The translations under genes and the position numbers were made by a program. From an uncultured delta proteobacterium (GTDB lineage Bacteria > Desulfobacterota > RBG-13-43-22), in assembly GCA_963790475.1 (NCBI GenBank), contig CAWBOS010000001.1, positions 32,001-96,000 on the forward strand: a stretch of 64,000 nucleotides of DNA. Direction: 5' to 3'. Shown in pieces: positions 1 through 10,289 of the stretch. Each line of letters begins with the position of its first letter. The stretch's first letter is position 1. The notes below the pieces were generated by a model. It searched no databases and was not told where the DNA came from. It worked only from the letters and a program-made list of their open reading frames with translations.

Positions 1-1186
1 CGGCTCCATAGGCCAGGGCGGCCAGGGGCATCTCCAGCCCTGCGTGAGCGATTTGTTCCACTGCGAAATTAACCGCCTGGTCCCGGTCGTCTTCATCCGG
101 CCCGGGCGATTCTGCTTTATTTTCCGTGTCAGAGATAATCAGGGTTGCCGGAAAAACCCCGCCCGAAGAGCGGTTTTGCAAGCCGCTCTGCAGCCGATTC
201 AGCAGCGCCTCTTGAGACGGATCATTCAATCGGATGGCCTCGGCCGGGCAGACCAGGGCACAGCCGGCGCACCCCTGGCAGAGGTGATGATCGATGACTA
301 TTTCCCTTTCCTTGGAACTGATCGCGCCGAAGGGGCAGGTGTCCTGACAATAGGTGCAGTCATGTTTGCGTGACCGGCCATGGAAACAAACGTCTTTTTG
401 ATAATGGACAAACTGGGGTTTTTTAAATCGACCGCGCATCTGCGGCATTTCCGCCAAAGCCGCTTCGAGGTCGGCGGGGTTTGACCCGGGCGCGTAATAT
501 CCCAGGGGCAGAAGATCTCCCCTGTAGGAAGGATCAGGCTGAAGATCGAGGACAAGATCAAAATAAGCAGCCTGGTCGTCAGCCCCTTGGGTTAGATTCT
601 TTTGATCCCCTTTTATGGTCACCATGGCCGAAAAGCCGCCAAATGCGCCGGTAATCGTCAGGTTTTCCGCCTCAATAAGGGCCGGCCGATCCGACCTGGG
701 AAAGGGGGTATCTATGGAAGGTTTTTTGGTAATGACCAGGGTGCAAGTCAGTCGTTGCTCGCTGAGGCGTTTAGCGCAGGCAACAGCCCGGCCTTCCTCT
801 GTATCAACGATCAAGGTCCGTCCTTTGGAGATCACGGTTAGCGGTCCGGGGGCCTTGATCGTCTCGGGGTCAGCGTTCACCAAAGCTGTCTTTTCGAAGG
901 GCTCAGTTCCCGCCGCGGACAGATCGACACGGGCGCTTCGCTTCCTGCGCTCCATCTGATGGCGCATGTCCGCGGTAATAACCCCGCCGAGGGGCTGAAA
1001 GGATCGGTAGTTTCCGGACCAGTCGTTCAGCTCATCAATCTGGTTGAACTCGGCCGAATGGAAATCCAGGGCTGCACTATCTTTTGATTCATCAACAAAT
1101 GGCGCAGCCGCTCCTTCTTCCCCGGTTTTAACCGAAGAAGGCGGGTTTTTCAACGGTCCGCTTGGCGAATCGCTTTCCTGTTCCAT
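1..1186 (-). CDS. 4Fe-4S ferredoxin-type iron-sulfur protein (type often found beside formate dehydrogenase genes); 3' end runs off the window
   Basis: Not in the ORF track. Hand translation from ATG at 1186 stays open to base 1 (MEQESDSPSG...) with two ferredoxin motifs, CFHGRSRKHDCTYCQDTCPFGAI and CQGCAGCALVCPAEAI, and later ALAYGA. Confidence 0.8.
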   Translation of the reverse strand, partial: MEQESDSPSGPLKNPPSSVKTGEEGAAAPFVDESKDSAALDFHSAEFNQIDELNDWSGNYRSFQPLGGVITADMRHQMERRKRSARVDLSAAGTEPFEKTALVNADPETIKAPGPLTVISKGRTLIVDTEEGRAVACAKRLSEQRLTCTLVITKKPSIDTPFPRSDRPALIEAENLTITGAFGGFSAMVTIKGDQKNLTQGADDQAAYFDLVLDLQPDPSYRGDLLPLGYYAPGSNPADLEAALAEMPQMRGRFKKPQFVHYQKDVCFHGRSRKHDCTYCQDTCPFGAISSKEREIVIDHHLCQGCAGCALVCPAEAIRLNDPSQEALLNRLQSGLQNRSSGGVFPATLIISDTENKAESPGPDEDDRDQAVNFAVEQIAHAGLEMPLAALAYGA

Positions 1187-1248
1187 GAAAGAACCCTTCC
1201 TGGGAAATTTTTATTTCAGACTTATATCTTCTTAACTTAAGCCGTGTT

Positions 1249-2538
1249 TTAAAATTTTAACTGAAAGCCGATCTGAAACTTGTCGGAGTCGGTCAGTCCC
1301 GAATTGACCCGGTTATCCTGGTGCTCCCAGGCGACAAAGGGCATAAATTCCTTGGTGAAATCATAAGATAAACCGGCCACATAAATGGTTCTTTCGTCAT
1401 CGCTTCGGTTGGTATTGGGGTCATAATAATAATACTTGCCAAAGGCCCGGAGCTTTTCCATACCGGGAATTCGCAAGAATCCGGAAACCAGATAGCCATC
1501 GCGGTTGTTTTCTTCGTTCGAAGCCCTGGTTCCCTTACCCCAATAATACTGCCCCATGACGGTGAAATAGGGATGCTGCAGCGAAATCTGTCCGATATTG
1601 ACCTGCCAGGTCGGGAAATCGCTGACCGGACCGTTGCCCGGGGCGAAGTTGGTGTTGCTGTCCCCATAGGTCCCCACATAGGCCAATTGGAGACCTTTCA
1701 GGATGGAGAGCATAGGGAAGGGACGCACATAAACCAGGCCGGATATGACCTTGTTTTCATTGTTCTCCTGCAAATCAAACCCGGAGCCGTTGTAAATCCC
1801 GATCATCCAACCGCCCCATTTGCCGGCAAAGGGCTTGGCCGCGTACTGCAAATAGTCATCATCCATGTAGCCCCCGAAGACGCCCATATTGACAACTCCC
1901 AGGTCGGCCGTGGCCTGGATGCCCAGCCCGTCCAGGTAGTTGTTGCCCTGGACCCGGTAAGGCCAGATAGCGCTGTCGTAATAATCCGACGGGGTGGGGA
2001 TCATTCCCAACATCGATTCCGTGCCCATGAGCTTCAGGTCGACGAAGGCAAATTTGATCCGTAACTCCAAACCGTTGTTGACATCATTGGGATCCTTGGC
2101 CGTAAAGAGATCGGAAGTGAAATTCATTCCCAGCCAGTCGTTGAAATCCTTGGTCAGGGTCACATAGGCCCGGTTCAGGGCAAATTGGTTGGTACTGGGG
2201 CCGTTGGCCCGGTTAATGGCATTCCATTCTCCGAAGATGGTGGTTCCGAATTTGAAACCCCTCAAGACTGGAGGAAGCCATTCACCTTTGTCGGTCTCCT
2301 TTTTTATGTCTTCTTTGACCTCGGCTTTTACTTCCTGCTTTATTTCCGTTTTCTCTTTCACCTCGGTAGATTTTGATTCTTTTAACAACTGATCGGCTTC
2401 TGCCTGGGTGATGATGTTTTTCCTGATCAACAACTCGATCAATTCCTTTTCGCCGGCCCAGGCCTGGCTGAAGCTGGTCCAGACGAAAAAGCCCCCTAAA
2501 ACAAATAAAAAGCAGAACCATTTTTTCCAGTTTCGCAT
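1249..2538 (-). CDS. Outer-membrane beta-barrel porin (phosphate-selective porin-like)
   Basis: Signal peptide (AWA), charged N-terminal coiled segment, amphipathic strands, C-terminal FQIGFQLKF with terminal Phe. Confidence 0.75.
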   Translation of the reverse strand: MRNWKKWFCFLFVLGGFFVWTSFSQAWAGEKELIELLIRKNIITQAEADQLLKESKSTEVKEKTEIKQEVKAEVKEDIKKETDKGEWLPPVLRGFKFGTTIFGEWNAINRANGPSTNQFALNRAYVTLTKDFNDWLGMNFTSDLFTAKDPNDVNNGLELRIKFAFVDLKLMGTESMLGMIPTPSDYYDSAIWPYRVQGNNYLDGLGIQATADLGVVNMGVFGGYMDDDYLQYAAKPFAGKWGGWMIGIYNGSGFDLQENNENKVISGLVYVRPFPMLSILKGLQLAYVGTYGDSNTNFAPGNGPVSDFPTWQVNIGQISLQHPYFTVMGQYYWGKGTRASNEENNRDGYLVSGFLRIPGMEKLRAFGKYYYYDPNTNRSDDERTIYVAGLSYDFTKEFMPFVAWEHQDNRVNSGLTDSDKFQIGFQLKF

Positions 2539-2872
2539 TTAATTTTTCCTCCTCTCCCAAGGTCTAAAGTGAAATCGTCTCTCACTCATGGTTCTTTCGA
2601 CCGGCCCTGGAGGCGGGTTAACCCGTCCCGGGTTTGCATCTTCATTGCATACAAGGCTGATAATAATTTATGATAATATAATGGAAATTAAGGGAAAAAA
2701 GGTAAATACAGGAAAGGCTTTATTTTTTATATAAATAAGCTGTATTTTTCATTAGGACTAAAAAGGCAGGGGATTTTTTAACCATGCAGGCCACGCTCAA
2801 TAACGGTTGCCTGCATGGATTCGGATTCGGGATCGGGGCTTTGGTTTTATTTGGAAGGTGAGGTTTCTCAAA

Positions 2873-4156
2873 TCAGGCGATGGTACCATCCTCCTGAAAA
2901 ACGGCGATATCATCCCAGGTATAACCGTACTCCAGCAGGACCTCTTCCGTGTGCTGTCCGAACTCCGGCGCCGGCAGGCGGACTGAGGCCGGGGTCTTAC
3001 TCATCATCACCGGGTTGGCCAGTTGTTCAATCGTACCGCGTTCGGGATGTTCATAGGTGACAATATATCCGTTTTTCCTGGCCTGAACATCTCTTACCGC
3101 CTCCAGAATGGTTTGATTAGGCGCATAGGGTATGCCCTCAAGGAGGGGAATCCATTCCTCAAGGGTCTTGGTGGCAAATATTTCGGCAAAAGTCTTGCGT
3201 AAAGCGACCCGGTCTTCGGCACGTCCGTCGATGGTATCATACTTGGGGTTTTTGCTTAGGTCCTCCCGGCCCACAGCTTTGCAGAACTTTTCCCAATAGC
3301 GGTCCGGTTGCAGGACGATAAAAAGCAGGGAGCGCAGGTCCTTGGTCAAATATGAACCGGTCAGGGGACTTTTAGTCTTGGCCGCGTAAAAATCGGCTAT
3401 CTGGGCGATGGCCGCCAGGGATTGCTGCTGCAACTCCGCTTCGGGTTCTTCTCGCCAGTCTCTTATATCCTTTCCGGTAATGAGGGCCCCGGAGACATCA
3501 AAAGACAGTTGATAGAGCCCGGTATGCAATAATGAAACATCTATTGCCTGACCCATACCGGTTTTTTCCCGGACATAGAGAGCCTGCACGATCCCATAGG
3601 CCAGGGCCAGGCCGGCTACGGTATCGCCGAAGGCCGGCCGGTAGGTGAGACAGGGAACCCCCGGCATAGAAAAAAGAGCATGAATTCCGGCCCGGGCCCA
3701 ATAAGCGGTCGTATCATAAGCCGGGTGATCCTTGTCCGGACCGTTTTTACCATATCCGGTGATATTGCCCCAAATGAGCCGGGGGTTCATCTTGCTCAGG
3801 GTCTCGTAATCCATTTTAAATCTTTCCAACTCAAATGGTCTGAGGTTGCTGAGGAAGACATCGGCCTGGGCCACCATTTTATACATAATGGCCCGGCCGT
3901 TTTCATTATAGAGGTTAAGAGTCAGGCTCCGCTTGTTGCGGTTAAAAGCCTCCCAGTTGTAATTAAAGTCGGAAGGACTGGCACCTCCTCCCCCTTCTGT
4001 CTGAGCTTCCTGAAAACCCCGCCAAAAATCTCCTGTTAAGGGGTGCTCGACATGGATGACATCCGCCCCGAAATCTCCGAGGTGACGGGCGGCCATCGGT
4101 ACGGCCGCCACCTGTGAACAATCAATAACCTTGATCCCTTCCAGAGCCATTACCAT
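2873..4156 (-). CDS. Family III (CaiB/BaiF) CoA-transferase
   Basis: LEGIKVID, GADVIHVE, NRNKRSL, PAFGD, APEFGQHT motifs; AGGAGG RBS. Confidence 0.93.
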   Translation of the reverse strand: MVMALEGIKVIDCSQVAAVPMAARHLGDFGADVIHVEHPLTGDFWRGFQEAQTEGGGGASPSDFNYNWEAFNRNKRSLTLNLYNENGRAIMYKMVAQADVFLSNLRPFELERFKMDYETLSKMNPRLIWGNITGYGKNGPDKDHPAYDTTAYWARAGIHALFSMPGVPCLTYRPAFGDTVAGLALAYGIVQALYVREKTGMGQAIDVSLLHTGLYQLSFDVSGALITGKDIRDWREEPEAELQQQSLAAIAQIADFYAAKTKSPLTGSYLTKDLRSLLFIVLQPDRYWEKFCKAVGREDLSKNPKYDTIDGRAEDRVALRKTFAEIFATKTLEEWIPLLEGIPYAPNQTILEAVRDVQARKNGYIVTYEHPERGTIEQLANPVMMSKTPASVRLPAPEFGQHTEEVLLEYGYTWDDIAVFQEDGTIA

Positions 4157-4233
4157 TTTTTTCCTCCTTTTGATGTTCTTAAAGCGGTTTAAAAAGAATT
4201 TTATTTTTTAATGTAAAGAACGGTAAAAGGATT

Positions 4234-4803
4234 TCAGGCCGGCCGGCTGGAGGGAAGCAGATGCCCGATATCTTTGATCAGGCTTTCCTCGATTTCCACC
4301 TGAAACGTTTTCAAAAATTTACCGACCATGGACCAGTAACCTATGGACAAAGTCAATTCCACCAGGCTTTCCGGGTCCAGGAATTTAGAGGCCTGGTTAA
4401 AAGTCTCTTCTGAGGGCTGATGTTCCTGAACGACTTCGTCGGCAAACTTCAAGATGGCCCGGTCTTCTCGACTGAAAAGCGAAGAATCCTGCCAATGCTC
4501 GATCTCTTCCAATTGCCCTTTGGTCACCCCGGCCCTCAGGGCGATGGGAACGTGCTGGGCCCATTCATACTTTGATCCGGTCAGAAAGGAAACCCGGATG
4601 ATCACCAGTTCCCGAAAGTAGGCGCTGAGTTTCGATTTCATCAGCAGGGCGTTGCCGAACCTGGTGAATTCACGAACGGTACCGGGACTGTTGGCCACCA
4701 TCTTCTGAACATTTAATACCCGGCCGTTGGCTTCCAGTTTGGCGAAGAAGTCCTTTATTTTTTGCGGGGCCTGATCAATACGGGCGTAAGGTACTCTGGC
4801 CAT
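4234..4803 (-). CDS. Carboxymuconolactone decarboxylase (CMD/AhpD-like) family protein
   Basis: RELVIIRV...YEWAQH motif; RBS AGGAGG. Confidence 0.85.
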   Translation of the reverse strand: MARVPYARIDQAPQKIKDFFAKLEANGRVLNVQKMVANSPGTVREFTRFGNALLMKSKLSAYFRELVIIRVSFLTGSKYEWAQHVPIALRAGVTKGQLEEIEHWQDSSLFSREDRAILKFADEVVQEHQPSEETFNQASKFLDPESLVELTLSIGYWSMVGKFLKTFQVEIEESLIKDIGHLLPSSRPA

Positions 4804-4918
4804 ATGTTCCTCCTGTCATAGGCGATATAAAAATCCTGTTTCTAAGTGGCATCCCTTATCCTGAAGGGGCTGCTTCTTGATCCTTCCCATTGGACAAGGA
4901 CTATGGTTTGATGAGAAG

Positions 4919-4947
4919 AGTATAGGGAAAGAAAAAGAGATGGTCAA
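4919..4947 (-). promoter_or_regulatory. Sigma70-like promoter, module A copy
   Basis: Minus strand TTGACC-ATCTCTTTTTCTTTCCC(17)-TATACT upstream of the CMD gene. Confidence 0.65.
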
Positions 4948-5082
4948 ACAGAAAAAAAGGCCGCCGGAGGCAAGGGTGTGAAGAAAAGGGAGCTTGATTC
5001 CCTCCATAATTATTTAGATTGACTTTAACTATTTGTTATGGTTTAAATAATTAACTCTTGACGATCCCCTGGAGAATGCGCC

Positions 5083-6249
5083 ATGTCTGAAATTCCTGAA
5101 CCCATCACCGCACCACCCAAGAAAGAGGAACTGGCCGGAAGGCTGGCCAAAGTCCGGGCCCTTATGGAAGAAAGGGAAATCGATTATTACATTTCCTTTG
5201 ACCCGGTCAATATCTACTATCTCACAAATTTCGCCAACAATGTTCACGAGCGTCCTTTTATACTGATACTGCCCCGGAAGGGCACACCGACGATGCTCTG
5301 CCCTCTCCTGGAATCAAACCACGTCAAGACCCGGGCTCGATGCGCCTTAGAGTATGCCACTTATTACGAAGTGCCCTCGCCCAGGGGACAGAACTGGTTT
5401 GACGTTTATAAAACCCTCATTGACCACAAGGCGAAAGTGGGTATAGAATCAACGCTTCCGGTCGGCATTGCTCATGAAACACCAGGAAAACAGGTGGTGG
5501 CGGACCTCATCGAAGATGTCCGGCTGGTGAAAACGGCCTATGAGATCGGGCGCACGGTGCACGCCTGCTCGATCGTCAACCAGGGCCACCGGAAGCTTCT
5601 GGAAATCACCCGGCCGGGGGCCATGGAGATAATCATTTACGGGGAAGTCGTCCGGGAGATGATGGGAAAAACACTGATGGAAATTCCCCAGTCCAATCTT
5701 ATTGTCTCCAAGTTTATCGGTGCCGTTTGGCCGCCATCCCTCTCTCATGATCCGCACATCGTCCCCACGCCCATGACCACCATGGAAGAGGGCGGACCTC
5801 ACGTGTCCATTGTTACCGCGCAGGTCGACGGATACGGCGTGGAGGTTGAGCGGACCTTTTTCTTGGGACGGGTACCGGAACAGGCCCGAAGACCTTTTGA
5901 TACGGTCATGAAAGCGCGGGCCCTGGCCTATGAACTGGTCAAACCCGGGGTCATCCTGGAGGAGATAGACCGGCGGGTCCGGCAGGTCCTGATCGATGCC
6001 GGATACCAGGACCGGATTCTCCACCGCACCGGACATGGTCTGGGAATAACCGGACACGAGGCGCCTTATGTAGCTCTCGGGGACTCCAGAAAGCTTGTGC
6101 CGGGAATGCTCATCAGCATCGAACCGGGCCTCTATATCCCCGGCGAAGGCGGTTACCGCCATTCCGATACCGTTCTGGTTACTGAGACCGGGTGCGTCAG
6201 ACTTACCGATGCCCCGGATACCCTGGAGGGGCTGACCATAGCCCTTTAG
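5083..6249 (+). CDS. M24 family (Xaa-Pro peptidase/creatinase-like) hydrolase
   Basis: Creatinase_N-like start (NIYYLTNF), ERTF, HRTGHGLG, SIEPG, RHSDT. Confidence 0.88.
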   Translation: MSEIPEPITAPPKKEELAGRLAKVRALMEEREIDYYISFDPVNIYYLTNFANNVHERPFILILPRKGTPTMLCPLLESNHVKTRARCALEYATYYEVPSPRGQNWFDVYKTLIDHKAKVGIESTLPVGIAHETPGKQVVADLIEDVRLVKTAYEIGRTVHACSIVNQGHRKLLEITRPGAMEIIIYGEVVREMMGKTLMEIPQSNLIVSKFIGAVWPPSLSHDPHIVPTPMTTMEEGGPHVSIVTAQVDGYGVEVERTFFLGRVPEQARRPFDTVMKARALAYELVKPGVILEEIDRRVRQVLIDAGYQDRILHRTGHGLGITGHEAPYVALGDSRKLVPGMLISIEPGLYIPGEGGYRHSDTVLVTETGCVRLTDAPDTLEGLTIAL

Positions 6250-6350
6250 ACAAGATCAAAAATTGAACACAGGCTGGTTTGACGAGGATTTAATCCATTG
6301 ATTCAGAACCGTCAGTCCGGCCTAAACACCTGAAGAAAGGAAAATGATCC

Positions 6351-6758
6351 ATGGAGAAAAAATTCATTCATCCCGAAAAACTGGCCAACTTTCCCAAACT
6401 CTTCACCCAGGTAGTCACCGTCAAATCGGGGGAGACCAAGACGGTCTACATTTCAGGCCAGGTGGCCATTGACCGGGAGGGGAAGGTCGTGGGCCAGGGA
6501 GACCTTGGGACCCAAGCCGTGCAGGTGTTTGAGAACCTCTCCCACCCCCTGGAGTCGGCCGGGGCCAAGCCCGAGGATGTCGTCAAGCTGAATATGTATG
6601 TCGTGAATATGAAGCCGGAGGATGGGAAGACGGTGGGCCTGGCGCGGAGAAAGTGGTTTAACCAGGAGAACCTCCCGGCCTCGACGATGATCGGCGTTGT
6701 CTCTCTGGCCGCCTCCGACTTCCTGCTCGAGGTCGAGGCCATCGCCGTTGTTGGGTGA
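6351..6758 (+). CDS. RidA/YjgF/UK114 family protein
   Basis: VYISGQ, DVVKLNMY, PAST, LLEVEAIA. Confidence 0.9.
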   Translation: MEKKFIHPEKLANFPKLFTQVVTVKSGETKTVYISGQVAIDREGKVVGQGDLGTQAVQVFENLSHPLESAGAKPEDVVKLNMYVVNMKPEDGKTVGLARRKWFNQENLPASTMIGVVSLAASDFLLEVEAIAVVG

Positions 6759-6918
6759 AAAACTGATATCCGGGGATAAGGTGTTTCAATCGTAGCGTCC
6801 CGGTCTTTTTTTTAGCATTTCGCGGGAAAGCAGGCCGAAGTTTTCGAAGAGGCCTTCCGGGCTGCTTCAACGCTTTTTGCATTAGGAAAAGTATATTCAG
6901 AAAGGGCGATAGTTAGCC

Positions 6919-7380
6919 ATGGAAAGGAGTATCGGTTTCCTGGAGAGAGTTAGCGGGCATACTTACGATACCATATACGACCTTCTTTTCACTACGGAAA
7001 GGGTAATTACCCTCATAGTCCAACACCCGGCGGAGATGTCTCACCAATTCGGGATTACGGAGTTATTATTCGGCGGACTGCTGGCCGGAAAACGGGAGCG
7101 ATTTAGCAGGAAGACGTCCGACGAGGAGAGGCTTAGCGCCTATGAGGAAAAGACCATTGATGAGCTGTTGGCCGGTCATCGTTTCAACTTCGAGATCCCC
7201 TATCGCATGGTCACAACAGTTGAGGTAACCCGGGGATTGTTCCAGACGCGTTTGAAATTCCAAATCAACAGTCCATTAACCACCGGACATACCATCCATT
7301 TCACCCTCGCTAAAGATCAGGTTCCTGATGCCCGGAACCTGTTGAATCGGGCTTTACCTTTAAAGATCAAAGAAAAATGA
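6919..7380 (+). CDS. Hypothetical protein
   Basis: 153-aa ORF with natural composition, co-oriented with neighbours; no motif recognised. Confidence 0.6.
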   Translation: MERSIGFLERVSGHTYDTIYDLLFTTERVITLIVQHPAEMSHQFGITELLFGGLLAGKRERFSRKTSDEERLSAYEEKTIDELLAGHRFNFEIPYRMVTTVEVTRGLFQTRLKFQINSPLTTGHTIHFTLAKDQVPDARNLLNRALPLKIKEK

Positions 7381-7499
7381 ATTATTTTGATTTGACACAC
7401 CCCGCTGGGAGGGGCCGGAACGAGTTGAAATTGCGGATTACCACTAAGTGATAGGGAGGGAGAAATGAAGGCGAAACAAACAATCCGGGGAGTTCTTTA

Positions 7500-8135
7500 T
7501 TGATGAAATTCAAGGCTTGGATAAAGAAATATCTATTGACGGGATTAATCGTAGTCGTTCCGATTACGATCACCCTCTATATCATTCGGGCCCTGATGGG
7601 GATTATGGATGACTTCCTGACTTTTGTGCCTAAGGCCTATCATCCCGACACCCTCTTGGGATTTCATCTCCCCGGCCTGGGACTGGTTTTGGTAACCCTC
7701 CTTGTTTTTCTGATCGGCCTGTTGACCCGTAGTTACGCCGGTAAAAAGACGATTCAAATATGGGACCTGCTGGTCGGACGGATTCCTCTGGTTCGAAATA
7801 TCTACCAGGCGATCAAGCAATTTACCGAGGCGGTTTTCAGCACCACCGGCAGTTATTTTAAGCAGGTGGTTATGCTGGAATTCCCCAGGCCGGGTCTGTA
7901 TTCCATCGGGTTTTTGGCCGGACCGGCCGGAGGGGAATTGGAAGCCAGGGCCGGGCAGAAGGTGATGAGTATCTTTATTCCCTGCACACCTAACCCGACG
8001 ACCGGGTATTATGTACTGGTTCCTGAGAAAGATTTGATGTATCTGGGTATGACCGTGGAAGAGGCCTTTAAACTGATCGTTTCCGGCGGATTGGTCATGC
8101 CCAACCATCATCAGCCCCCTGCCTTGCCGGACTGA
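7500..8135 (+). CDS. DUF502 (COV1-like) membrane protein
   Basis: GLIVVVPITIT, RIPLVRNIY, EFPRPG, PCTPNPTTGY, MTVEEAFKLIVSGG. Confidence 0.9.
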   Translation: MMKFKAWIKKYLLTGLIVVVPITITLYIIRALMGIMDDFLTFVPKAYHPDTLLGFHLPGLGLVLVTLLVFLIGLLTRSYAGKKTIQIWDLLVGRIPLVRNIYQAIKQFTEAVFSTTGSYFKQVVMLEFPRPGLYSIGFLAGPAGGELEARAGQKVMSIFIPCTPNPTTGYYVLVPEKDLMYLGMTVEEAFKLIVSGGLVMPNHHQPPALPD

Positions 8136-8179
8136 GCTTTCAGGCCCGTTTTCACTCCCCGGAATATGAGGAGAATTCT

Positions 8180-8854
8180 ATGGATACCCCCGACCTCAAG
8201 GATAATCAAATTATTTCTTATCTGTACCTGCGCATGCTTATCGGCGCCTTCGGCTTTGTGCTTCCCTTGTTCTGTCTGATCTATGGAATGATCTATGGCC
8301 TTCAGGATTCCATCAGTGACTATTATTACACCAGTCTGCGCAATGTTTTTGAAGGAATTCTTTTTGTGCTGGGCTTTTTTCTTCTGACCTATAAAGGGTA
8401 TGATTCCAAAGACAACCACTTTGCCAATCTTGGATTTTTATTCGCCTTAGGCGTTGCCCTTTGCCCCTGCAACTATCCCTGGGCCTGGGTCCGGATAACG
8501 CATTTTACCTCCGCCTTCCTGCTTTTCAGCGTGTTCATCTATTTTTCACTGAAGTTGTTCACCCTGAGCGTGAAGCGTGCCGAGCCAACCCGGGAGAGGA
8601 TTTTAATGAACCGGGTTTATGTAGCCTGCGGCTGGATCATGGTTTTCTGCATCGTCGCCATCGGCCTCAGCTATTGGCTATTGACGGAGGAGCTAAGAGT
8701 GGCCTGGAAAACCACTTTCTGGTTTGAAAGTGTGGCCCTGGTTGCCTTTGCCATCTCCTGGTTGACCAAGGGACATTTTTATCAGGAGTCATTTAAGTTA
8801 TTCGGAAAGGTGAGAACCTTGTTCTTCCGGGCGTTTTCCCAATCGGGGTCCTGA
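8180..8854 (+). CDS. Multi-pass membrane protein (DUF998-like)
   Basis: QDSISDYYYT, several TM helices, FWFESVALVAFAISWLTKG. Confidence 0.7.
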   Translation: MDTPDLKDNQIISYLYLRMLIGAFGFVLPLFCLIYGMIYGLQDSISDYYYTSLRNVFEGILFVLGFFLLTYKGYDSKDNHFANLGFLFALGVALCPCNYPWAWVRITHFTSAFLLFSVFIYFSLKLFTLSVKRAEPTRERILMNRVYVACGWIMVFCIVAIGLSYWLLTEELRVAWKTTFWFESVALVAFAISWLTKGHFYQESFKLFGKVRTLFFRAFSQSGS

Positions 8855-8855
8855 C

Positions 8856-8903
8856 TCCGGAGATTTCATGTTTCACCTGACACCGGAAGAAAAACCGGGG
8901 GTG
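8856..8903 (+). pseudogene. ORF6N-domain fragment
   Basis: Reads SGDFMFHLTPEEKPGV, resembling the ORF6N motif FPxDFMFQLTxEEK; very short. Confidence 0.5.
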
Positions 8904-8921
8904 GGAAAAGAGAAATTCGCC

Positions 8922-9047
8922 ATGAAAAGAAAAAACAATTTTGACCGCTACCTTGAGGAACAATTAAAGGATAAAGATTTTGCCGATCGGTTCAAAAAAG
9001 GCTGGCCAGGCTTGGGATGTAGGTTTGAAAACCAAGAGAAGATCTGA
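8922..9047 (+). pseudogene. Truncated XRE/HTH antitoxin-like gene
   Basis: MKRKNNFDRYLEEQLKDKDFADRFKK; a one-base shift in the A run continues AGQAWDVGL; the HTH itself is missing. Confidence 0.6.
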
Positions 9048-9194
9048 TTCTATCTCCTATCAATAATTTATTATCATTGCCTGACCCGAAAATGCCTGTT
9101 GACACCCAATGGCCTCCCCATTATAAACGACGTAGTTAACCCAATTCCATTTCAAAAAAAAGACCGCCAAATAATTTAAAAGGGGGAAAGAACT

Positions 9195-10001
9195 ATGGAT
9201 CTATTTTTAAAAGGAAAAGTGGCAATCGTTACCGGATCAGGATTAGGGATCGGTCGTGTGACCATCCTGACCCTGGCCGGGGAAGGAGCCAACGTGGTGG
9301 TAAATGACATCAATCAGTCCGTGGCCGAGAAGACGGCTGAAGAGGCCAGGGCGCTGGGAGTGAAGGCCATGGCTATAACAGCGGGTGTGGCCAACCAGGA
9401 CGAAGTCAATGACCTGTATAAAAAAGTGATCGAAGAATTCGGCCGGGTGGATATTCTCATCAACAATGCCGGCCGGGGTGTGCATTGGGAGGCGGGGAAA
9501 ACCCCTCGTCCCTTTGTGGAAACGGAGAAGGAAGATTGGGATTATACGGTGAACCTTTGTCTGTACGGGGTTTTTAACTGTACCCGAGCCGTTCTTCCGG
9601 GCATGATAAAGAATAATTACGGGAAGATTGTGAATATGATTTCCGATGCCGGAAAGACCGGGGAGGCCTTTATGGCGGCTTATTCGGCAGCCAAGGGGGG
9701 CATAATCGCTTTTCAAAAGGCTTTGGCCAAGGAAGTGGGGAAGTTTAATATAAACGTTAATGGTGTATCGGCCGGAGCGACCGACACGGAAAGGATACTT
9801 CAAAGTCGAGAGAAACTGAAGGCCAAAATGGGTGAGGAGGATTTCAAGAAGAGACAGGAGGCCATGTTGAAGAATTATCCGATTCGTCGCCTGGGTGAAC
9901 CCATCGATCTGTCCAGGATGTGTGTTTTTCTGTCGTCCGACGTATCCAGACATATCACCGGTCAGACCATCAGTGTCAGCGGCGGATTCAGCATGATATA
10001 A
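9195..10001 (+). CDS. Short-chain dehydrogenase/reductase (FabG/BadH-like)
   Basis: TGSGLGIG, NNAG, YSAAK catalytic motif, ITGQTISVSGG. Confidence 0.92.
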   Translation: MDLFLKGKVAIVTGSGLGIGRVTILTLAGEGANVVVNDINQSVAEKTAEEARALGVKAMAITAGVANQDEVNDLYKKVIEEFGRVDILINNAGRGVHWEAGKTPRPFVETEKEDWDYTVNLCLYGVFNCTRAVLPGMIKNNYGKIVNMISDAGKTGEAFMAAYSAAKGGIIAFQKALAKEVGKFNINVNGVSAGATDTERILQSREKLKAKMGEEDFKKRQEAMLKNYPIRRLGEPIDLSRMCVFLSSDVSRHITGQTISVSGGFSMI

Positions 10002-10024
10002 GCCTGTCCGTTTTTGTCTGCCCT

Positions 10025-10238
10025 GTCCGCGGCAGAAGACTGGAGATTTGGCCTCGCAAAAACTGGAAATCGAAACTGTTAATGGTTGACGTCGACTTGG
10101 CCATGCTTTATGGAAGGAATGACAACGAAGGTCCTCAATCAGGGTGTCAAACGAAACCAAGACCGTTTTCCGGGAGAGTTCAGGTTTCAACTGACACTTG
10201 AAGAAAAACTGGAGGCGGTCACAAATTGTGACCACCTT
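10025..10238 (+). pseudogene. Degraded ORF6N-domain (antirepressor-like DNA-binding) gene
   Basis: Segments VRGRR, MVDVDLAMLYG and, after a frameshift, TTKVLNQGVKRNQDRFPGEFRFQLTLEEKLEAVTNCDHL. Confidence 0.75.
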
Positions 10239-10289
10239 TTATATTGGCAAAGGTGAAATTGAATTTAATACAACTTAGAAGGAGATATT

